Assembly: GCA_009379825.1 (NCBI GenBank)
Contig: WHTA01000004.1
Span: forward strand, 92,683-156,682
DNA length: 64,000 nt
Direction of reading: 5' to 3'
DNA from: Streptosporangiales bacterium
GTDB taxonomy: Bacteria > Actinomycetota > Actinomycetes > Streptosporangiales > WHST01
A model generated the notes under the pieces. That model made no database searches and was not told the DNA's origin. It saw nothing but the letters and a program-made list of their open reading frames with translations. The translations under genes were made by a program, and so were the position numbers. Position 1 is the stretch's first letter, and the number at the start of each line of letters is the position of its first letter. Positions 9,626 to 18,910 of the stretch are shown here, piece by piece.

Positions 9626-10810
9626 ATGTGGCTGACGGTGCTGCGGCGGCCCGGCAGCGCGTTCGCCCGCCGGCCGTTGTTGCTCGCCACCGTGACGGCG
9701 GTCGCGTCGATCTCGCCGCTGTTCCTCGTCGGCGCGCAGGCCGTGCAGATCGGGTCCGAGCTCGGGCTCAGCCCGGCGTCGCTCGGTCGTGCCGTCGCGT
9801 TGTTCTTCGGGCTCACCGCGCTGTCGTCGGCGACGCTCGGCCGGGCCGTGCAGCACTGGGGTGCGCGGCGGAGCCTGGTCGCGACGATGGTCGGCAGCAC
9901 GATCGCGCTTGTCAGTGCCGCGCTGTCGCAGTCGGTCGTCCACCTCGCGCTTTCGATGGCCGTAGGCGGGCTGGCCAACGGCGCCGTGCACCCGTCCACC
10001 AACCTGCTGCTCGTGTCGAACGGTGACGCGCCGCTTGGCACGTCGCTGGGCGTCAAGCAGGCGGCGCCAACGGTGGCCAGCCTGTTCGCCGGGCTCGCGG
10101 TGCCGGTCGTGGCGCTGACCGTGGGCTGGCGGTGGTCGTTCGTGACCGCGGCGGTGGTGAGCCTGTTCCTCGTGTACGCGGTGCGCATGGCGCCGGCGCC
10201 GGCCGGGCACGAGACGGCGGGCTTGTCCGGGCGCCGCGCCACGAGCATCGACGGGCGGCTGCTGCTTGTCGTCGCCGTGGTCTCCGGGTGTGGCGGCGCG
10301 GCGGGCAACTCGCTCGGCACGTTCCTCGTCGACTACGGCGTGCGTGCGGTAGGCCTCGCGGAAGCGGCCGCCGGCCTGGCGTTTGCGCTGGCCAGCGTCG
10401 CCGGGTTCACCGGCAGGGTCGCCGCCGGCTGGCTGATGGACCACACGTCCCGGCCGGGACCGTTACCGCTGGCCGGCGGGCTGCTCCTCGCCGGCGCGGT
10501 TGGACACGTGCTGATCGGTACCGGCGCGCCGGCGGGGTACGTGGTCGGCTCGCTCGTCGCGTACGGGCTGGGTTGGGCGTGGCCGAGCCTGCTGCACTAC
10601 GCGGTGGTCGTCGGCAGCCCTGGTGGTGCAGCACGCGCGACGGGAGTGCTGATGACCGGCTTCGCGACCGGCGCGTGCCTCGGGCCGCTGGTGCTCGGCC
10701 AGCTGGCACACGGTCTCGGCTACGCCGCTATCTGGTTGGTCGCGGCCGGGTCGAGCGCGCTCGCCGGCGCCGCGCTGTGTGTTGCACTGCGGCTGCGGAG
10801 GTCGCCGTGA
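9626..10810 (+). CDS. MFS transporter
   Basis: ORF track 9626..10810. About 12 hydrophobic segments, with Ala/Leu/Gly-rich MFS-like composition. Confidence 0.8.
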   Translation: MWLTVLRRPGSAFARRPLLLATVTAVASISPLFLVGAQAVQIGSELGLSPASLGRAVALFFGLTALSSATLGRAVQHWGARRSLVATMVGSTIALVSAALSQSVVHLALSMAVGGLANGAVHPSTNLLLVSNGDAPLGTSLGVKQAAPTVASLFAGLAVPVVALTVGWRWSFVTAAVVSLFLVYAVRMAPAPAGHETAGLSGRRATSIDGRLLLVVAVVSGCGGAAGNSLGTFLVDYGVRAVGLAEAAAGLAFALASVAGFTGRVAAGWLMDHTSRPGPLPLAGGLLLAGAVGHVLIGTGAPAGYVVGSLVAYGLGWAWPSLLHYAVVVGSPGGAARATGVLMTGFATGACLGPLVLGQLAHGLGYAAIWLVAAGSSALAGAALCVALRLRRSP

Positions 10811-10815
10811 ACCGG

Positions 10816-11862
10816 TCAGCGGAGGAACGTCTCGGCGTTGGCCGTGAGCACGGCCCGCTCGTCGGCGTCGTCGAGGTGCAGCTCCTCGACGGCACCGACC
10901 GGGTCGGCGCTCGCCATGTCGAACGGGTAGTCGCTGCCGAGCACGACGTTCCGCCAGCCCACCCGACGGCCGAGCAGCAGCAGCGACTCCCGGTCGTGGG
11001 TGAGCGAGTCGAAGAACATCCGCTCGACGTAGTGCGTAGGCGGTTGGTCGATGACGGCCCGTGGTTCCTGCCTGCATTGCCAGCCGTGGTCCCACCGGCC
11101 GCTCTGGTACGGCACGAACCCGCCGCCGTGCACGAACCCGAACCGCAGCCGCGGGTACGCGGCGAGCACCCCGCCGAAGATCAGGCAGGCGATGGCGATC
11201 GTGGACTCCAGCGGGTTGCCGATCAGGTTGGCCAGGTAGTACGAGGTGAGCCGCTCTGCGCCGGCGATGCTGCGTTGGTCGGGGTGCACCCACACCGGCA
11301 GGCCCACCTCCTGCAGCGCCGCCCACACCGGCGCCAGCTCGGCCGCGTCCAGGTTGGCCCCGTTGACGTTCGTGCCGAGCTGCACGCCCCGCACCCGGTC
11401 GTGCCCGGCCAGCCGCTCGATCTCGCTGACCGCAGCCGCCGGGTCCTGCAGCGGGAGGGTGCCGAAGACGTGGAGGCGGTGCGGGTACTTGGCGCTGACG
11501 TCGAGCATGGCGTCGTTCTGCAGCCGGGCGAAGTCGGCGCCGGGGCCGGCGGGCACGTGGTAGAAGAACTGCGGCGGCGGCACGGCGAGCACCTGCAGGT
11601 CGACGCGTTGCGTGGCCATCTCCGCCAGCCGCTCGTCCACGTCGAACATCGCCGCCCTGATCGGCCCGAGCGGGGCGCGGCCCGGGTAGGTCAGGTAGTA
11701 GTCCGTGCCGCGCTCCACCAGCGTCGGGCCGAGCTCCGGGTACGTACCGCCGAACTCGGTCAGTGCCGCCTCGGAGATCAGGTGCGCATGCACGTCGATG
11801 GTCGCGGTGCCTGCCGCGCGCTCCGTCACGGTGCCTCCTACGGCGACGGTGATATCAAACAT
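10816..11862 (-). CDS. amidohydrolase_2 family (ACMSD-like metal-dependent decarboxylase/hydrolase)
   Basis: ORF track 10816..11862. Metal-binding start ..IDVHAHL.. and C-terminal motif ..GSDYPFD... Confidence 0.8.
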   Translation of the reverse strand: MFDITVAVGGTVTERAAGTATIDVHAHLISEAALTEFGGTYPELGPTLVERGTDYYLTYPGRAPLGPIRAAMFDVDERLAEMATQRVDLQVLAVPPPQFFYHVPAGPGADFARLQNDAMLDVSAKYPHRLHVFGTLPLQDPAAAVSEIERLAGHDRVRGVQLGTNVNGANLDAAELAPVWAALQEVGLPVWVHPDQRSIAGAERLTSYYLANLIGNPLESTIAIACLIFGGVLAAYPRLRFGFVHGGGFVPYQSGRWDHGWQCRQEPRAVIDQPPTHYVERMFFDSLTHDRESLLLLGRRVGWRNVVLGSDYPFDMASADPVGAVEELHLDDADERAVLTANAETFLR

Positions 11863-11899
11863 GATGTATTGTACAGAATCCGAGGAGAAGGAGGCCCGG

Positions 11900-12343
11900 A
11901 TGTCGTCGTCGGGAGGGCTGCGGCTCGGGGTCGCGCAGCAGATCGCTGGCGGCGTGTTCGAGCTGCGGCAGCAGCGTGGCTACCTGCCGTTGACCGTGGC
12001 CGTGCTGGACGCGGGTGGGCACGTCGTCGTGCTGCAGCGCGAGGACGGGGCGAGCATCATGCGGCCGCAGATCGCCTCCGGCAAGGCATGGGGTGCGCTC
12101 GGCATGGGCCTGCCCAGCCGCGAGCTCGCCCGCCGCGCGCAGGGGCAGCCGCAGTTCTTCGCCGCGCTCGCGCCTGGTGGTCTGGTGCCGGTGCCCGGTG
12201 GTGTACTCGTCCGTGACCCACAGACCCGCGAGATCGTCGGCGCGGTTAGGGTCAGCGGCGACACGTCCGACCGCGACGAGGAGTGCGCGGTGGCGGCCAT
12301 CGAGGCCACCGGGCTGGTCGCCGACGCAACTGCCGAGTCGTGA
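11900..12343 (+). CDS. GlcG/HbpS-like (DUF336) haem-binding protein
   Basis: ATG 11900 in the 11705..12343 frame, after AGGAGAAGGAGG. Contains ..GAVRVSGDTSDRDEECA... Confidence 0.75.
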   Translation: MSSSGGLRLGVAQQIAGGVFELRQQRGYLPLTVAVLDAGGHVVVLQREDGASIMRPQIASGKAWGALGMGLPSRELARRAQGQPQFFAALAPGGLVPVPGGVLVRDPQTREIVGAVRVSGDTSDRDEECAVAAIEATGLVADATAES

Positions 12344-12365
12344 ACCCGCCGATGGGAGCCCGCCG

Positions 12366-12953
12366 ATGACCCGACTGCCGCAACTGCCACCTGACCAGCT
12401 CTCCGCCGAACAGCGTGCTGTGTACGACGCGATCGTCGGCGGCAAGCGGTCGTCCGGGCCGCAGCTGTTCGACCTCACCGCGCCGGACGGCAGCCTGTAC
12501 GGACCGTTCAACGCGATGCTGGTCAACCCGGCGCTCGGCGGCACGTTCCAACGGGTCGGCGAGATCCTCCGCTACGAGTCGTCGTTGTCGACCCGGGTGC
12601 GTGAGCTCGTCATCCTTGTGGTGGCGCAGGCCTGGCGGTGTGAGTTCGAGTGGTACGCGCACTCGAAGATCGCCAGGCATGCGGGCATGCCGGAGAACGT
12701 GCTGGCCGCGCTGCACCGCGGGGACCGGCCGGACGAGGTGTCCGGGCCGGAAGCCACCGCGTACGACGTGTGCCGTGCCCTGCTGCGTGACCGCACCGTC
12801 GACGACGAGCTGTACGCGTCCGCCACGGACGAGTTCGGCGACCGCGGGGTCGCCGAGCTGGTGTTCCTTTTCGGCTACTACACCAGCGTGGCCGCCGCGC
12901 TCAACACGTTCGCCGTGGCGTTGCCGCCGGGCGCGGAGTCCGCGTTCGACTGA
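12366..12953 (+). CDS. carboxymuconolactone decarboxylase (CMD/AhpD-like) family protein
   Basis: ATG 12366 in the 12015..12953 frame. Contains ..AQAWRCEFEWYAHSKIA... Confidence 0.75.
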   Translation: MTRLPQLPPDQLSAEQRAVYDAIVGGKRSSGPQLFDLTAPDGSLYGPFNAMLVNPALGGTFQRVGEILRYESSLSTRVRELVILVVAQAWRCEFEWYAHSKIARHAGMPENVLAALHRGDRPDEVSGPEATAYDVCRALLRDRTVDDELYASATDEFGDRGVAELVFLFGYYTSVAAALNTFAVALPPGAESAFD

Positions 12954-12958
12954 CGCCG

Positions 12959-13393
12959 TCAGTTCGCCTCGCCGTCCGGCAGCCGGCGCACCCGGCCGCC
13001 CACCACCAGGTAAGGGCCGTGCAGCCGTACGCCCTCGCGGCGGGCGCCCCACCGCAGGGCGCTGGCCCACTGCCGGTCGGAGAGGCAGACCTGCGGCGGG
13101 CCAGGTCGTTCGAGCGCCATGGCGACGCTGCCGTCGGGTGCGACGCTGGCGAGCGTACGGCGGAACAGTAGGAAGAGGTTGCCGGTGAACCGGGGTGCGG
13201 GGTCGGCCGGCACGTCGTCTACACAGGTGGCGGGGTCCAGCGGGTGCCCGTCGCCGTCGAGCATGAAGACCCACAGGTCCCTGCGCCCGGAGGCACCGTC
13301 CGCGGTCAGCAGCGCGCCGAGATAGCGCACCATGGCGGACTCGTCGTCGATGCGCTCGGGGAGCGGCAGCGGTGAGATTGACATGCCCCGCAT
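12959..13393 (-). CDS. hypothetical protein (last gene of the hydantoinase operon)
   Basis: Lower part of ORF 12959..13612, starting at ATG 13393 (or 13384) just downstream of the HyuB-like stop. No family recognised and the start is uncertain. Confidence 0.45.
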   Translation of the reverse strand: MRGMSISPLPLPERIDDESAMVRYLGALLTADGASGRRDLWVFMLDGDGHPLDPATCVDDVPADPAPRFTGNLFLLFRRTLASVAPDGSVAMALERPGPPQVCLSDRQWASALRWGARREGVRLHGPYLVVGGRVRRLPDGEAN

Positions 13394-13457
13394 GCTGACG
13401 CGATCCGGCCGGCTCCGTCGTCGCCCGCCCACAGCCGCGCGCGGGTCCTCCACAGAT

Positions 13458-15083
13458 TCAGGGCTGGTAGCCGTCGGCCAGGTCGGCTTCCACCGCGGCG
13501 GGCGCGCGGTCGGCCGGGTCGCCCCAGCCACCGCCACCGCCGGTGATGATCCGCACCAGGTCGCCGCGGCGCAGAGGTACGCCTGCGGCCTTGCCGAACG
13601 TCCGCGGCTCACCGCCTTCGGCGGGGACGACCTCGATCCGGTTCGGGGTGCCGGGCTCGCCGCCGGCGTGGCCCCACGGCGGTACGTCGTGCCGTCCGAG
13701 CGCCGCGGTCAACGTGGCCGACTCGGACAGGATCCGGTACTCGCGCACCAGCCCGAAGCCGCCGCGGTGCGCGCCCGCGCCCGCTCCCGGGTGGATCGCG
13801 TACCGCTCGACGCGCACGCCGTACCGTTGCTCGGCGACCTCGACGGGGATCACGTACGTCTCGCCGTCGCCGACGGAGACCAGGCCGCTCTGCCCGTCGT
13901 GGTCGGCGCCGGCTCCCCAGCCCCCGGCGTGTGGCTCGACGAGCAGCGCTGGCTCCCCGGTGCCCGGGTGGGTGAGCGCGATCGAGGTGGCGCAGACGGA
14001 GAGGAAGTGCCCCGCCGTCAGGTGGTCCTGGCATGCGTCGGCGAGCGCACGCCACACCAGGTCGCTGGCGATCTCCGTGCTCTCGAAGTACGAACCGACG
14101 GGGGCCGGTCGGGTCGCGGTGAAGAGCGTGCCGTCCGGACAGGTGACGGTCAGCGGCCTGAACCAGCCGTCGCTGGCCGGCTCGTGCGGCCCGGTGATCG
14201 CCTTGACGACCGTGTGCACACCGGAGTGCAGGCCGCTGCGGGTGCAGTTGATCGGCCCGGCCACCTGCGGGTGGCTGCCGGTGAAGTCGACGTGGATCTC
14301 GTCGCCGGCCACCTCTACGCGGACCTGGACGGGGAACGGGCCGTTGCCGAGCCCGTCGCGGTCGGCCAGGTCGCTAGCCAGGTACGTGCCGTCGGGCAGC
14401 TGGCGGATGGCAGCGCGCGCGAGCACCTCGCTGCGGTCCAGCGCACTGCGCATGGCGGAAGTGACGGTCGCCGGGCCGTACCTGTCGCACAGCGCGTGCA
14501 CCCGCCGCTGCGCCACCTCCAGGCAGGCCGCCTGCGCCGTGAGGTCGCCGAGTGCCTGCTCGGGCAGCCTGCTGTTCGCGCGGATGATGGCCGCGATGTC
14601 CGCGTCCAGCTCGCCGCGGCGGTACGCGCGGACGAACGGCAGCTGGAGACCCTCCTGGTGGACGTTGGTGCTCGTCGCGCTCCACGAGCCCGGGTCCTTG
14701 CCGCCCACCTCGGTCCAGTGCGCCTTGGCCGCGGCGAACGCCACCAGCTCGCCGGCGTAGAAGATCGGCCGCACCATGGCGATGTCGCTGAGGTGGGTGC
14801 CGCCGCCGGCGTACGGGTCATTGGTGACCACCACGTCGTCCGGCTGCAGGTCGGGCACCCTGACAAGCGTCGCCTGCACAGCCTCGCCGAGCAGCGCGAG
14901 GAAGCCAGCGACCCCGTTGCCCTGCGACACCAGCTCGCCGTGCGCGTCGGTGAGCCCGACCCCGCAGTCGAGCACCTCGTACACCACCGGGCTCTGCGAG
15001 GTGCGTTGCAGCGACACGAACATCTCGTCCGCGACGGCGAGGAACGCTTCGCGCAGGATGTCGTCGACGAACGGGTCAGTCAT
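13458..15083 (-). CDS. hydantoinase B/oxoprolinase family protein (HyuB-like)
   Basis: ATG 15083 in ORF 13458..15845. Motifs ..DPYAGGGTHLSDI.. and ..GGGGWGDP... It overlaps the upstream HyuA-like stop by 8 nt. Confidence 0.85.
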   Translation of the reverse strand: MTDPFVDDILREAFLAVADEMFVSLQRTSQSPVVYEVLDCGVGLTDAHGELVSQGNGVAGFLALLGEAVQATLVRVPDLQPDDVVVTNDPYAGGGTHLSDIAMVRPIFYAGELVAFAAAKAHWTEVGGKDPGSWSATSTNVHQEGLQLPFVRAYRRGELDADIAAIIRANSRLPEQALGDLTAQAACLEVAQRRVHALCDRYGPATVTSAMRSALDRSEVLARAAIRQLPDGTYLASDLADRDGLGNGPFPVQVRVEVAGDEIHVDFTGSHPQVAGPINCTRSGLHSGVHTVVKAITGPHEPASDGWFRPLTVTCPDGTLFTATRPAPVGSYFESTEIASDLVWRALADACQDHLTAGHFLSVCATSIALTHPGTGEPALLVEPHAGGWGAGADHDGQSGLVSVGDGETYVIPVEVAEQRYGVRVERYAIHPGAGAGAHRGGFGLVREYRILSESATLTAALGRHDVPPWGHAGGEPGTPNRIEVVPAEGGEPRTFGKAAGVPLRRGDLVRIITGGGGGWGDPADRAPAAVEADLADGYQP

Positions 15084-17106
15084 GGTGATCCACCAGCAGC
15101 AGGTTGCCGTGCCGGTCGGCACGGACGGACTGTCCGGGCAGCACGAGGGTGGTGGCCGCGGGCTCCTCCACCACGCACGGGCCGGGCAGCTCGACGTCGA
15201 CGGTGAGCGACCGCCGGTCCACGACCGACGCCTCGCGCCGGCCGCCGGCCTCGTCGAAGTCCACCAGCCGGCTGGTCGGCTCGACGATGGCCGCGCCGTC
15301 CAGGTCCGCTTCCGCCGCCGCAGTGGGATGGTCGAGGTGCGCGACCGCCTCGACGCGTGCCGCGACGACCTCGAGCGGTGCGTCCAGGGTGAACGCGTAC
15401 GCCTCCTGCGACGCCCGGTCGAAGTCGGCGCGCAGCCGGTCGACGAGCGCGGCGCCGACGGCGTCGGGCACGGCGATCTCCAGCGTGTGCTCCTGTCCCC
15501 GGTACCGCAGCTCGACGAATCTCCGTACGCTCTCCGCCTGCGCGGCCAGCCGCTGGCTGGCTTCCGCCGTGACCCGGTCGAGCAGTGCGGTGACGACGTC
15601 CGTGTCGAGCGGTGCGACGTGTGTCTGCACCGCATGTGCGGTGAGGTCGCCGACGAGCATCCCGTACGCGGAGAAGTGTCCGGGGCCTGGCGGCACGACG
15701 ATCCTCGTGATGCCGAGCTCGCGGGCGACGAGGGCGGCGTGCAGCGGGCCGTTGCCGCCGTACGCCACGAAGGTGAAGTCGCGGGGGTCGTGCCCGCGTC
15801 GCGAGGTGACCAGCCGCAGCGCGTTGGCCATGGTGGCGACCGCATAGCGCAGCGCGCCCCGCGCGGCGTCGCGTGCGCCGACCCGGAGCTGCCGGTCGAG
15901 CGCGTCGAACGCTTTCTCCGCCGCGTCCACGTCCAACGTCATCCGGCCGCCGAGGAAGTTGTCCGGGTCGAGCCGGCCGCACAGCAGGTTCGCGTCGGTG
16001 ACGGTGGGCGCGGTGCCGCCGCGGCCGTAGCAGACCGGACCCGGTTCGGCACCTGCGCTGCGCGGGCCGACGTGCAGGCGCCCCGCGGCGTCCACCTCCA
16101 CGATCGAGCCGCCGCCGGCACCGACCTCGACGATGTCCACGACGGGTGCCTGCACAGGGTAGCCGGCGTAGCTCGGGGTGCGCTCGACGTGGTGCAGCGT
16201 GTTGATCCGCACCCGGCCGTCCCGCACGGCCGACGTCTTCGCGGTCGTGCCGCCGACGTCGAAGCTCAGCACGTCGGTGTGGCCGAGCTGCCGGCCGAGC
16301 GCCACGGCGGCCGTCACGCCCGCGACCGGGCCAGACTCCAGCAGGGTGATCGGCGCCCGTGCCGCGACGTCGAACGGCGCCACCCCGCCGGACGACTGCA
16401 TCGCGTACAGCGAACCCGTGACGCCGGTGCCGGCCAGCCGTTCGCCGAGCACGCCGAGGTAGCCGGCGACGGTCGGCTGGACGTACGCGGAGAGCACCGC
16501 CGTGCTCGTGCGCTCGTACTCGCGCCACTGGCGGCTCAGCTCGTGCGAGGCAACCACCTCGACGTCGGGCAGCAGGGTGCGCAACAGCTCCGCCGCGCGC
16601 TGCTCGTGGTCGGGTTCGAGCCAGGAGTGCAGGAAGCACACGGCGACGGCGCCGACGCCGGCCGCGCGGAACTGCTCGGCGGCCTCCCGTACGTCGGCCG
16701 GGTCGAGCGGCCGCAGCACGTTGCCGTGGTGGTCGATGCGCTCGTCGGCCTCCAGCCGCAGTCTGCGCGGCACAAGTGGCGGCGGCTTCCGGTAGCTCAG
16801 GTCGTAGAGCGCGGGCCGGTTGGTGCGGGCGATCTCCAGCACGTCCGCGAAGCCGCTGGTGGTCAGCAGGCCGGTGCGGGCGCCCTTGCGTTCGGTCACC
16901 GCGTTGACGACGACCGTGCTGCCGTGCACGAGGTCGGTGACGGTCTCAGGCGGCAGCCCGGTGTCGGCGAGCACGGTGAGCACCGCGTCGTCCAGCGCCC
17001 GCGGCGTCGTGGCGGTCTTCGCCCGGTGCACCCGGCCGTCCGCGTCCACGGCGACCAGGTCGGTGAACGTGCCACCGATGTCGATGCCCACCCGGACCGG
17101 AGTCAC
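15076..17106 (-). CDS. hydantoinase A/oxoprolinase family protein (HyuA-like)
   Basis: GTG 17106 in ORF 15076..17241, preceded by AAGGAG. N-terminus ..[13 protein letters not shown]... GTGA overlap with the upstream ABC ATPase stop. Confidence 0.85.
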   Translation of the reverse strand: MTPVRVGIDIGGTFTDLVAVDADGRVHRAKTATTPRALDDAVLTVLADTGLPPETVTDLVHGSTVVVNAVTERKGARTGLLTTSGFADVLEIARTNRPALYDLSYRKPPPLVPRRLRLEADERIDHHGNVLRPLDPADVREAAEQFRAAGVGAVAVCFLHSWLEPDHEQRAAELLRTLLPDVEVVASHELSRQWREYERTSTAVLSAYVQPTVAGYLGVLGERLAGTGVTGSLYAMQSSGGVAPFDVAARAPITLLESGPVAGVTAAVALGRQLGHTDVLSFDVGGTTAKTSAVRDGRVRINTLHHVERTPSYAGYPVQAPVVDIVEVGAGGGSIVEVDAAGRLHVGPRSAGAEPGPVCYGRGGTAPTVTDANLLCGRLDPDNFLGGRMTLDVDAAEKAFDALDRQLRVGARDAARGALRYAVATMANALRLVTSRRGHDPRDFTFVAYGGNGPLHAALVARELGITRIVVPPGPGHFSAYGMLVGDLTAHAVQTHVAPLDTDVVTALLDRVTAEASQRLAAQAESVRRFVELRYRGQEHTLEIAVPDAVGAALVDRLRADFDRASQEAYAFTLDAPLEVVAARVEAVAHLDHPTAAAEADLDGAAIVEPTSRLVDFDEAGGRREASVVDRRSLTVDVELPGPCVVEEPAATTLVLPGQSVRADRHGNLLLVDHHD

Positions 17107-18070
17107 GCGTGCTCCTTTGCCGTCGTCAGGTCCGCCTGGCCGGTCAGCACCTCGTCGGCGCGATGGCAGGCGACCTGCCGGCCCGCACGGGTGACCAGTG
17201 GTGGCGCCTCCGTCCGGCACTTGTCGACGGCGAGCGGGCACCGCGGGTAGAACACGCAGCCCGACGGCGGGTCGGCCGGGTTCGCGGGGATGCCGGGGAG
17301 CACGATCCGCGCCCGCTGCTGCCCGTCGAGCCGCGGCACGGCCGACCGCAGCGCCGCGGTGTACGGTGCGCCGGCCGGTCGAGTACCTGCCTGGTCGGGC
17401 CGGCCTCCACCACGCGACCGAGGTAGAGCACGACGACGTCGGTGCAGAGCCGGCCGACGACGGCGAGGTTGTGCGAGATCAGCAAGTAGCCGAGGTCGCG
17501 GGAGTCCCGCAGCCGCTCGATCAGCGCGAGCACCCGGTCCTGCACGGTGACGTCGAGGGCGCTGGTCGGCTCATCCAGCACCAGCAGCTCAGGTTCGACG
17601 GCCAGCGCCCGCGCGATCGCCACCCGCTGCCGCTGCCCGCCGGACAGCTCGTGCGGGTACCGCTTGGCGTGCTCGGCTTCCAGGCCGACCTCGGCGAGCA
17701 GCTCGTGCACGCGGTCGCGTTCGGCGGCCCGCGCGACGACGCGGTGGGTGCGCAGTACCTCGCTGAGCGCGGGCCCGACGCGCATCCGCGGGTCGAGCAC
17801 GCCGTCCGGGTCCTGCAGCACCACCTGCACCCGCCGGCGGTACGCGGTGAGCGCCGTACCGCGCAGCGCGGCGACGTCGGTGCCGTCGAACGTGATCGTG
17901 CCGCCGCTGGGGTCGAGCAGCCGCACCAAGCAACGCGCGATGGTCGTCTTGCCGGAGCCGGACTCGCCGACCAGGCCGACCCCGTGGGCGCCTTCTGGCA
18001 CGTCGAGGTCCACGCCGGTCAGCACGGTCGTGCCGCCGAACGTGACCCGCAGGTCGCGCACCTCAAGCAT
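17103..18070 (-). pseudogene. peptide-type ABC transporter ATP-binding protein (DppF/OppF-like), frameshifted
   Basis: ORF pieces 17144..18070 and 17103..17339 are consecutive parts of one ATPase. Motifs: [24 protein letters not shown] and C-terminal ..[12 protein letters not shown]... Frames switch near 17365, where GG replaces an expected GGG (..RPAH|PYTAAL..). Confidence 0.8.
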
Positions 18071-18839
18071 CGGTGTCCTCCAGTACCGGCACCGCGGCGA
18101 TCAGCTCGCGGGTGTACGACGTGTGCGGCTCGTCGATGACGGAGCGGCCGGGGCCGGACTCCACCACCTCGCCGTCGCGCATCACCACCAGGTGGTCGGC
18201 GACCTCGGCCAGCGCCGCGAGGTCGTGGCTGATCATCAACACGGCCAGCTCGTCGGTCTCGCACAGCCGCCGCATCAGCGTGAGGATCTCCGCCTGCACC
18301 GTCACGTCGAGCGCGGTCGTAGGCTCGTCCGCCACCAGCACCTCGGCGCGCAGTGCGAGCGCCAACGCGATGGCCACCCGTTGCAGCTGACCGCCGGACA
18401 TCTGGTGCGGGTACCTGTCGAGCACGGCGGCGGGCAGTAGCACTTCCGCGAGTGCTTCCTCGGCGCGCCTGCGTGCGGCCTTCTTGGACCGCTCGCCGTG
18501 CAGCCGCAGCGCACGGCGGAACACCTCGCCCACCCGCAGCACCGGGTGGAACGACGCGCTCGGGCTCTGGAAGATCATCGCGATGCGGCGGCCGCGGATC
18601 GCCCGCAGCCTGGCCTCGGGGGCACCGACGAGCTCGTCCCCGTCGAGGGTGATGCTCCCGGTCACCGTCGCGCCGAGCCTTTCCGCCAGGCCGAGCACTG
18701 CCGTCGCGGTCATCGACTTGCCCGACCCGCTCTCGCCGGCCAGGCCCACGATGTGGCCGGGACGTACGGTCAGCTCAGGCACGTGCGCCACCGTACGCTC
18801 GCCGAAGGCGACCGTGAGGTCCTGTACGTCCAGGCTCAT
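18063..18839 (-). CDS. peptide-type ABC transporter ATP-binding protein (DppD/OppD-like)
   Basis: ORF track 18063..18839. Motifs GESGSGKS, MSGGQLQRV and DEPTTALD. It overlaps the downstream ATPase gene by 8 nt. Confidence 0.85.
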   Translation of the reverse strand: MSLDVQDLTVAFGERTVAHVPELTVRPGHIVGLAGESGSGKSMTATAVLGLAERLGATVTGSITLDGDELVGAPEARLRAIRGRRIAMIFQSPSASFHPVLRVGEVFRRALRLHGERSKKAARRRAEEALAEVLLPAAVLDRYPHQMSGGQLQRVAIALALALRAEVLVADEPTTALDVTVQAEILTLMRRLCETDELAVLMISHDLAALAEVADHLVVMRDGEVVESGPGRSVIDEPHTSYTRELIAAVPVLEDTDA

Positions 18840-18910
18840 CGCAGCGTCACCCGCCTCGGGTCGAGTGCGTCGCGCAGACCGTCGCCGAGCAGGTTGAACG
18901 CGACGGCGGT
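18836..18910 (-). pseudogene. 3'-terminal remnant (24 codons) of a DppC/OppC-type ABC permease
   Basis: The frame ending at TGA 18836-18838 (ATGA overlap with the dppD-like start) encodes ..TAVAFNLLGDGLRDALDPRRVTLR, the conserved permease C-terminal tail. Nothing permease-like precedes it. Confidence 0.7.
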
